Shown here: positions 57,692-64,000 of the stretch, piece after piece
How positions within the stretch are numbered: position 1 is the stretch's first letter
How the letters are laid out: every line of letters starts with the position of its first letter
NCBI GenBank assembly: GCA_028282585.1
Contig: JANQHR010000126.1
Span: forward strand, 32,001 to 96,000
Length of the DNA: 64,000 bases
Direction: 5' to 3'
Source: Bacteroidales bacterium
GTDB lineage: Bacteria > Bacteroidota > Bacteroidia > Bacteroidales > UBA12077
Program-made: the position numbers and the translations under genes
Notes under the pieces: model-generated
Told to the model about the DNA's origin: nothing
What the model saw: the letters and a program-made list of their open reading frames with translations, nothing else
The model's database searches: none

Positions 57692-59458
57692 TTAATAAAT
57701 TTCAACTTTGTAAGGAATTCTTGCCTGAATACCGTCTTGATTAACAATATTTTGTAAGGCTTGATAATATTTATATTCTTCTCCAAGTTCATTTTTCAGA
57801 ATTGAAACTCTTACATTACCTTGTAATTCTTCTATAATTTGTTCGAATGGATCTTTTAGTTTAGGATATCCGACAGTTCTGTAAGTTTCAAGATTTGCAG
57901 CTTCAGCAGCCATTGCGATAGCATCTTCCAAACCCCCAAATCCATCAATTAATCCAATCTCTAAAGCATTAGTACCACTCCATACACGTCCTTGTCCAAT
58001 TTCATCAACTTCTTCTTTGGTCATTCCACGACCTTCTGCTACATGTGTGATAAATGTTTCGTATATTTCTTCAATGCTAAATTGGATCACTTCTCTTTCT
58101 TGCGCCGTAAGTCTTCTGTTAAATGTTCCTATATCTGCAAAGTCATTGGTTTTTACGACATCAACATGAACTCCTAATTTATCATTTAAAAGTTCTTTAC
58201 CATTAAATAAAAGACCAAACACTCCAATTGAACCGGTAATAGTATTTGGGCTTGCTATGATTTTTTGTGCTGGGGCAACTATATAATAACCTCCTGACGC
58301 AGCAACATCGCCTAAAGAAGCAATTACTGGTTTAACTTCTTGTGCAAGCTTTACTTCACGCCAAATTACTTCCGATGCTAAAGCACTTCCACCACCAGAA
58401 TTTACTCTGAAAACAATTGCCTTAACAGATGAATCTTTTCTGGCTTTTCGAATAGCTCTGGAGATACGATCAGAACCAATAGTACCTTCCTCACCTTCAC
58501 CCATAATTACAGATCCGCTTGCATAAACAACAGCAATTTTATCTTTTTCCAGTTTTTTACGTTTTTTGTCTGGCACCTTGGTATATTTGCCTAATTTGAT
58601 ATGTTCAATATCTTTTTCATTTTCTTTACCAGTTAATTCAGCAAGTTCAGCTATAATCTCATCTTTATATTTTAATTCATCAATTAAGCCATTTTCTACT
58701 GCTAATTCTGCATTTTTTAAAGCGAGGTCATCTGCTAATTCATTTAGTTTTTTGATGCTTATATTTCTTTCATCTGATATTCCTTTTAATATGTGATTCC
58801 AAATTGAACCTATATAAGTCATAATCTGCTCACGATTTTCATCACTCATTTTAGTATACATGAATGGCTCTACAGCACTTTTGAATTTTCCATGTCGTAT
58901 AATCTGAGGTTCAATTCCTAATTTTTCCATAGCTTCCTTAAAGAACATAATTTCGGAACGTAAACCTACAAACATTAATAATCCTTCAGGGTTCATGTAA
59001 ACTTTATCAGCAACAGTTGCCAAATAATATGATGGTTGTGTATAATTATCGCTATAACTTATAATGAATTTGCCCGATTCCTTAAAATCAATTAAAGCAT
59101 TTCTAATTTCCTCAATGGTAGCAATTCCTGTAGGTATTGCTGTTAAATCAAGATAAATACCATCAATATTCGGATCAGATTTTGCTTTTTTCAGATTCTT
59201 TAAAATATCATCTAAACCTATTTTAGTAACAGGTTGGAAAGATGGAAAATCAAAATCACCGAATGGATTTTTATCACTCCTGTCGGTAATTACCTGGTTT
59301 AACTTCATGTGTAGAATGGTATGTTCTTTAATTTTTACTGGTTCATCTTGCGAAGCAACCATAGCACTAATTACTCCAATTGTTATAAAAAACATTAAAA
59401 TACTTGCGAGGATTAAACCAAGCATAGTAGCTAAAACATACTTAAAAAAACTCTTCAT
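57692..59458 (-). CDS. sppA: Signal peptide peptidase SppA (67K type)
   Basis: GKFKSAVEPF, RVNSGGGSALASE, AASGGYY, TGSIGV, GRVWSG. Confidence 0.95.
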   Translation of the reverse strand: MKSFFKYVLATMLGLILASILMFFITIGVISAMVASQDEPVKIKEHTILHMKLNQVITDRSDKNPFGDFDFPSFQPVTKIGLDDILKNLKKAKSDPNIDGIYLDLTAIPTGIATIEEIRNALIDFKESGKFIISYSDNYTQPSYYLATVADKVYMNPEGLLMFVGLRSEIMFFKEAMEKLGIEPQIIRHGKFKSAVEPFMYTKMSDENREQIMTYIGSIWNHILKGISDERNISIKKLNELADDLALKNAELAVENGLIDELKYKDEIIAELAELTGKENEKDIEHIKLGKYTKVPDKKRKKLEKDKIAVVYASGSVIMGEGEEGTIGSDRISRAIRKARKDSSVKAIVFRVNSGGGSALASEVIWREVKLAQEVKPVIASLGDVAASGGYYIVAPAQKIIASPNTITGSIGVFGLLFNGKELLNDKLGVHVDVVKTNDFADIGTFNRRLTAQEREVIQFSIEEIYETFITHVAEGRGMTKEEVDEIGQGRVWSGTNALEIGLIDGFGGLEDAIAMAAEAANLETYRTVGYPKLKDPFEQIIEELQGNVRVSILKNELGEEYKYYQALQNIVNQDGIQARIPYKVEIY

Positions 59459-59584
59459 AATGTATTGGGTTTAAAATTATTTTTATTGATAAAGGATAAA
59501 TTTATATTATTAAAATCATACTTACAACAAATTAGTAGAATGATGGTTAAATTTGTTACATAATAATGTAATTTTTTTTATTAA

Positions 59585-60070
59585 ATGTTTAACGAAGTAT
59601 ATTTATTAATTGGCGGAAATATAGGTGATCGATTTAAACTGCTTGAACAAGCTAAAAGAGCAATAAGCAAGAAAATAGGAGAAATTAAAAATGAATCATC
59701 GATATATGAAACTGCCCCCTGGGGATTTAAAGCTGAGCAAAGTTTTCTGAATCAGGTTGTTAAAATTAGCACAAAGCTTTCTCCACAGAAGATACTAAAA
59801 TTTTGCTTTGAAATTGAGGATGGGTTAGGTAGAGAAAGAAAATCCAATCAATATGAATCCAGAACAATGGATATTGATATTCTTTTTTATAATGATGAAA
59901 TCGTTAATGAACCGGGTTTAATTATTCCACACCCCAAATTACATCTGCGTAGATTTACTTTAGTACCTTTAACTGAAATAGAGCCTGGTTTTGTTCATCC
60001 TGTTTTTAAGAAAACATCGGCAGTACTTTTAGAAAATTGCAATGATAATTCTAAAGTACAGAAGTTGTAA
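59585..60070 (+). CDS. folK: 2-amino-4-hydroxy-6-hydroxymethyldihydropteridine diphosphokinase
   Basis: GGNIGDR, YET.PWG, FLNQV, RTMDIDIL, PHP..H.RRF.L.PL. Confidence 0.95.
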   Translation: MFNEVYLLIGGNIGDRFKLLEQAKRAISKKIGEIKNESSIYETAPWGFKAEQSFLNQVVKISTKLSPQKILKFCFEIEDGLGRERKSNQYESRTMDIDILFYNDEIVNEPGLIIPHPKLHLRRFTLVPLTEIEPGFVHPVFKKTSAVLLENCNDNSKVQKL

Positions 60071-60143
60071 TTTATTTCTTTTGAAGCTTAGTTCAATCAT
60101 TTTTATATAGTTTTCGCGTGGCTATATAAAGTTTTTACGACCA

Positions 60144-60761
60144 CTAAATTAAGAAACCTACAATGCTGTAAGAAAGTATATTTGCTAACCCATGCGAAAT
60201 CCAGCTTGGAATAATACTTCCGTTTCCAACTTTTTCATTAAGATATGTTGAAATATATGCTCCAACCGAGGGAACAGTAAAAATAACCAGTAAGAAAAAA
60301 ATATTGGTGGTTATCATTGCAAATAATGCAGTATGAATAATTCCAAATATTATTGATTGTATTATATTTCCTTTTTGATACCCCATAATACTGATGAGTC
60401 TTTTTGCTATAAATCCTCTAAACAATATTTCCTCTGCAAAAGAGGTTTTGAATACCGCAACTATAATCAGAATAAATATCGAATTTAATCCAATACCCAT
60501 TTGTCTGAACTTTCCGGTTACGCTTGTTGGGTTAAACATTATTTCTTTGAAATCTGTACTTATCAGTGTTAAAATCAGGATTGGTATGGCAAATAATAGA
60601 CAAGCAAGAATAGCAAGACAATTTGCTTTTCTTGTAGATTTTTTCAGCCCTATATATCTCAAAAAACCTTTTGTAGATTTCTTTTTGATCACGTAAACCA
60701 AAAAGGGGATTAAGGTCAAAATAATGATTTGCAGTATAGCCCCTATTGTTTCGTTTATCAT
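60144..60761 (-). CDS. CPBP (Abi) intramembrane metalloprotease
   Basis: EEILFRG, FGIIH, HGLAN. Confidence 0.88.
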   Translation of the reverse strand: MINETIGAILQIIILTLIPFLVYVIKKKSTKGFLRYIGLKKSTRKANCLAILACLLFAIPILILTLISTDFKEIMFNPTSVTGKFRQMGIGLNSIFILIIVAVFKTSFAEEILFRGFIAKRLISIMGYQKGNIIQSIIFGIIHTALFAMITTNIFFLLVIFTVPSVGAYISTYLNEKVGNGSIIPSWISHGLANILSYSIVGFLI

Positions 60762-60836
60762 AAATGATGACCTTTTAAATTATTTACTAACTATGTTTTT
60801 AACAAATATAGTTAAAATGTAAAATTGATAAGAACC

Positions 60837-61487
60837 TTACATTTTACTTCCGAAAGCTAAATCTCCAGCATCGCCCAATCCAGGAACAATATAAGATTTT
60901 GAAGTTAATTCATCATCTACGTCACCAGCCCAAATGGTAACATTTTTCATATTAATATGTTTTTTTACGTAATTAATTCCCTGGTTGCTGGCAATAATAG
61001 TTACAATATGAGTATGTTTAGGAGTTCCTCTTTCTATTATGGCTTTATATGATATCTCCATAGATGCGCCTGACGCTAACATGGGGTCAGACAATATTAA
61101 AACCTTGCCCTCAATATCAGGGCTTGAAAGGTGTTCGAACTGAATGGTAAATGTTCCGTCTTTGTGATATTTTCTGTGTGCAGAAATAAAAGCATTTTCG
61201 GAATTATCGAAATAATTTAGAATTCCATTATGAAAGGGTAATCCTGCTCTTAAAATAGTTGCATTTACTACCTTCGAAATGGGCAGGTTCATTTTAGATA
61301 TTCCAAGTGGTGTAGTAATTTCACTTGATTTATATTCAAAAGTTTTACTTATTTCATATGCAATAATTTCTCCAATTCTTTCCATATTTCGTCTAAACCG
61401 CATACTATCTTTTTGAATCTCATTATCACGTAATTCAGCGATAAATTGATTCATTAATGAGTTCTTTTGAGCTAGAATATGTACCAT
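60837..61487 (-). CDS. upp: Uracil phosphoribosyltransferase
   Basis: ILRAG, DPMLASG, YIVPGLGDAGD. Confidence 0.95.
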   Translation of the reverse strand: MVHILAQKNSLMNQFIAELRDNEIQKDSMRFRRNMERIGEIIAYEISKTFEYKSSEITTPLGISKMNLPISKVVNATILRAGLPFHNGILNYFDNSENAFISAHRKYHKDGTFTIQFEHLSSPDIEGKVLILSDPMLASGASMEISYKAIIERGTPKHTHIVTIIASNQGINYVKKHINMKNVTIWAGDVDDELTSKSYIVPGLGDAGDLAFGSKM

Positions 61488-61495
61488 TTTTTAAT

Positions 61496-62416
61496 TTATT
61501 TAATAATGAATCGATATAATAACGGTAAATTATTAGTATAATATTGTTGAAATTTATACTCTTTTGCACCTAATCCGGAAAAAAAATCCTGGTTATTATT
61601 CGATATAATATTCTCAATACTCAAAGTTAAATCTTTTTCAGAATGAACCTCAATATATTTATCAATAAGTAGATGAAAAGCTTTATTTGCGATTCCATTT
61701 TTACTATTAGCAGCAAAAAGAAGGTGTAACTTTCTTTTTGATTTTATAAAAAAACCAGCTGCTTGCAAATTATTATGAGATCCATAAGCACAATAAGTGT
61801 CTCCCAAACTATATCTCATACAATAAGCAATTATCATGCGTAATTTCTGAATCTCTGAGGGTTTTAGTTTTGGTTGCGACAAAACGTCTTTTCTTTGCGA
61901 GAAATTTATTAACTCGTTTGGTAAAAGACCCTTTACAATTGAAATTTTATTTCTTTTGGCGGTTTCCAAATCCTTTTGAAAATGATTGGTATAATTCTCT
62001 GCAATACGTTTATGTGATTTTATCAAGTCAATTGCATAAGTTGAATTGCTTTTTATGTTTTTTGATTCTAATTGATTAAAAACGTTCAGGGAGATATTTA
62101 TAACCGAATTCTTTTTTGGAATAGCATCAATGAATTTTTGAACAATTTTTTCTGTTAATAGCTTATTGGAGAAAACTCCTAAACGAACTCCTAATTTTGA
62201 TGTATAGTAAGTATTTTTATTGAATCGTGTTTTGCGAAATAGCGGCATCACATATTCATAATTTCCCAGAACCAAAGCTTCCCAGTTTTCACAAAGAATA
62301 TTTAAATACCAGGAATAAGCAAATACATTTCCATTAACAGCATTGTTTATGCAATTATCCCATCTGATAAAATTAACATCACTATTATTTAAATGCTTAA
62401 TATTCAAAACATACAA
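61496..62416 (-). CDS. Hypothetical protein, GNAT/FemAB-like fold
   Basis: WD.CI...YSWYL...W.ALV...Y..VMPL N-terminus; FF.GLGA near the C-terminus. Confidence 0.6.
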   Translation of the reverse strand: MYVLNIKHLNNSDVNFIRWDNCINNAVNGNVFAYSWYLNILCENWEALVLGNYEYVMPLFRKTRFNKNTYYTSKLGVRLGVFSNKLLTEKIVQKFIDAIPKKNSVINISLNVFNQLESKNIKSNSTYAIDLIKSHKRIAENYTNHFQKDLETAKRNKISIVKGLLPNELINFSQRKDVLSQPKLKPSEIQKLRMIIAYCMRYSLGDTYCAYGSHNNLQAAGFFIKSKRKLHLLFAANSKNGIANKAFHLLIDKYIEVHSEKDLTLSIENIISNNNQDFFSGLGAKEYKFQQYYTNNLPLLYRFIIK

Positions 62417-62422
62417 TTGATT

Positions 62423-63118
62423 TTATAATTTTCCCTCATCAGCATAACTGAAATATTCAATATCTGCAATAATGATATGATCAAGTACTAGTATATCTAA
62501 AAGTTGGCCACCTTGCTTTAATTTGTTTGTTATTGAATCATCAGAGTTACTAGGATTTTTGTTTCCTGACGGATGATTGTGACATAAAATTACAGAAGAA
62601 GCTAATTTTTCAACAGCCTGCTTTAAAATTATCTTTACATCTATTACCGTTCCGGAAATTCCACCTTGACTTATTTTTATTTTTTCAATAATTCGGTTTG
62701 AACGATTTAATAGTAAGATCCAAAATTCTTCATGAGGTAAATCGCCAATTACTGGTTGAAATAGTTCATAAACATCCTTGCTTTGAGTAATTTTTCTTTT
62801 GGTTAAAACGTCAGAGATCTTTCTTCTTCTTCCAAGCTCAAGAGCTGCAAGAATAGTAATAGCCTTTGCCTCACCAATTCCTTTCATTTTAGTTAGCTCG
62901 GGAATATGAAGTTTTCCTAATTCATTTAGATTATTATTTGCTGATTTTAGAACTTTTTTTGATAATTCAACTGCTGATTCATTACGAGTTCCGGATCCTA
63001 TTAATAATGCAATTATTTCAGCATCGCTTAAGCTCTGGACACCTTTTTTAAGGAGTTTTTCACGAGGTCGATCCTCGATAGCCCAATCTTTGATGGTTAA
63101 ATTAGAGTATTCTTCCAT
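62423..63118 (-). CDS. radC: RadC/JAB domain protein
   Basis: DRPREKL, GIGEAKA, HNHPSG...PS..D, LDHIII. Confidence 0.95.
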   Translation of the reverse strand: MEEYSNLTIKDWAIEDRPREKLLKKGVQSLSDAEIIALLIGSGTRNESAVELSKKVLKSANNNLNELGKLHIPELTKMKGIGEAKAITILAALELGRRRKISDVLTKRKITQSKDVYELFQPVIGDLPHEEFWILLLNRSNRIIEKIKISQGGISGTVIDVKIILKQAVEKLASSVILCHNHPSGNKNPSNSDDSITNKLKQGGQLLDILVLDHIIIADIEYFSYADEGKL

Positions 63119-63175
63119 TATTAAATAACATTAAATACAGATTTTGGCTTAAGTTACTAAAATTAGGTGAATCCA

Positions 63176-63207
63176 ATAAAAAAGGCATGGGTAATTTTCC
63201 ATGCCTT
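63176..63207 (-). terminator. Intrinsic terminator after trxA
   Basis: aaggcatgg...ccatgcctt stem with T-tract on the minus strand. Confidence 0.7.
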
Positions 63208-63233
63208 GAATTTATTTTTACTAAAAGGACTGA

Positions 63234-63551
63234 CTATAAAAGCGGTTTTAATTTAGCTTCCAAATTACTTTTTGGAACTGCACCAACTTGTTTGTCAACA
63301 ATTTCACCATCTTTAAAAAATAAAATAGTTGGTATATTTCTGATACCGTAATTTGACGCAACGCCCGGACTACTATCTACATCAAGTTTTGTACAAACAA
63401 CCTGATCTTTATAATCTTCTGATAATTCTTCAATAATAGGACCGATCATTCTACAAGGCCCACACCATTCTGCCCAAAAATCAACAATTACAGGTTTGTC
63501 AGATTTTAAAACTAATTCTTCGAAATTTGAGTCGTTAACTTCTACTGTCAT
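63234..63551 (-). CDS. trxA: Thioredoxin
   Basis: DFWAEWCGPC, IPT. Confidence 0.97.
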   Translation of the reverse strand: MTVEVNDSNFEELVLKSDKPVIVDFWAEWCGPCRMIGPIIEELSEDYKDQVVCTKLDVDSSPGVASNYGIRNIPTILFFKDGEIVDKQVGAVPKSNLEAKLKPLL

Positions 63552-63623
63552 AATTGTGTTATTTTATGTTTTTAATAAATTTAATTTCAAATAAAATATG
63601 GTACAAATTTAATTATAAAAAGT

Positions 63624-64000
63624 TTAATAAACGGAATATTGAATCTCAGAATTTTGCTGTAAATAATTAACCAGTTTATCAGTAATTAAAATACCTTTCG
63701 ATCTGGAAATGAAGTCAACTGAAGCATTCGCTTCTCTATCTATTACTTTTATTTTGATTAAAGTACTTCCTTCTTTTTCATATGTGCACTCTTTAAGCTC
63801 ATTGATAAGTTTTTCATTAACAATTTCATATGGTAGAGTAAATGTAATGCCTTTTACCATTTCTTCACGAACCTGGCTAAGCATCATCATATTTTTTATT
63901 TTAAATTCCAGTTCCTGATCATTATACGGTCGAGGCTGTATTCTTCCTTTTATTAAGAGTGGATAATCAAGGTAACAATACTTTCTAAAGTTTTCATAAT
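63624..64000 (-). CDS. dnaE: DNA polymerase III alpha subunit, C-terminal end (truncated by window edge)
   Basis: Frame open to the edge (YENFRKY...LLIKGRIQPRPYN..ELEFKI, OB-fold-like); dnaE-trxA adjacency is typical of Bacteroidota. Confidence 0.7.
   Translation of the reverse strand, partial: YENFRKYCYLDYPLLIKGRIQPRPYNDQELEFKIKNMMMLSQVREEMVKGITFTLPYEIVNEKLINELKECTYEKEGSTLIKIKVIDREANASVDFISRSKGILITDKLVNYLQQNSEIQYSVY

Noticed and set aside
60144-60761. CPBP/Abi protease as the lasso immunity gene
   Set aside because: It is about 40 kb from the cluster, among housekeeping genes, with no evidence of linkage.
62423-63118. RadC as a mobile-element marker
   Set aside because: It is the full-length chromosomal form next to trxA and dnaE, with no integrase or transposase.
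1546-63918. Short antisense or overlapping ORFs in the track (e.g. 1546-1737, 4577-4777, 25342-25782, 30193-30513, 44907-45194)
   Set aside because: They lie within or opposite well-supported genes and show no recognisable motifs; treated as shadow ORFs.
1-64000. tRNA, rRNA, IS elements, prophage
   Set aside because: Intergenic gaps are short, and I saw no cloverleaf, rRNA-like, transposase or phage signatures.

Overview
AT-rich Bacteroidota-type chromosomal segment (TAnnTTTG -7 promoter boxes, a T9SS cargo protein, ECF/FecR/TonB module, dnaE-trxA and rplM-rpsI-rpsB-tsf synteny). Most of it is housekeeping: uppP, truB, queA, tsf, rpsB, rpsI, rplM, purD, purQ, two fumarases, sppA, folK, upp, radC, trxA, dnaE. 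Two accessory systems stand out. (1) At 14375-24630 is a complete, divergently arranged lasso-peptide cluster: cyclase, nucleotidyltransferase, kinase, sulfotransferase, RRE and peptidase. Its 52-aa precursor (20100-20258) is absent from the ORF track and was translated by hand (leader WEAPRL...T-E, core GGTFSGYAEGVTYNGTAS). The cluster has no exporter and is followed by a 1437-aa T9SS-secreted protein. (2) At 26998-38241 is a minus-strand signalling gene run with two CheR, CheB, a GAF membrane protein, a SiaA-like PAS/GAF/SpoIIE phosphatase carrying MCP-like methylation motifs, SiaB, SiaC and a TerB-like/ABCG-type transporter. It has no MCP, CheA or SiaD in the window. Also noted: a divergent TetM-like GTPase, REP-like CCTGCC/GGCAG palindromes (two inside rpsB) and an orphan carbamoyltransferase. 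All calls rest on motif recognition by eye; no searches were run.
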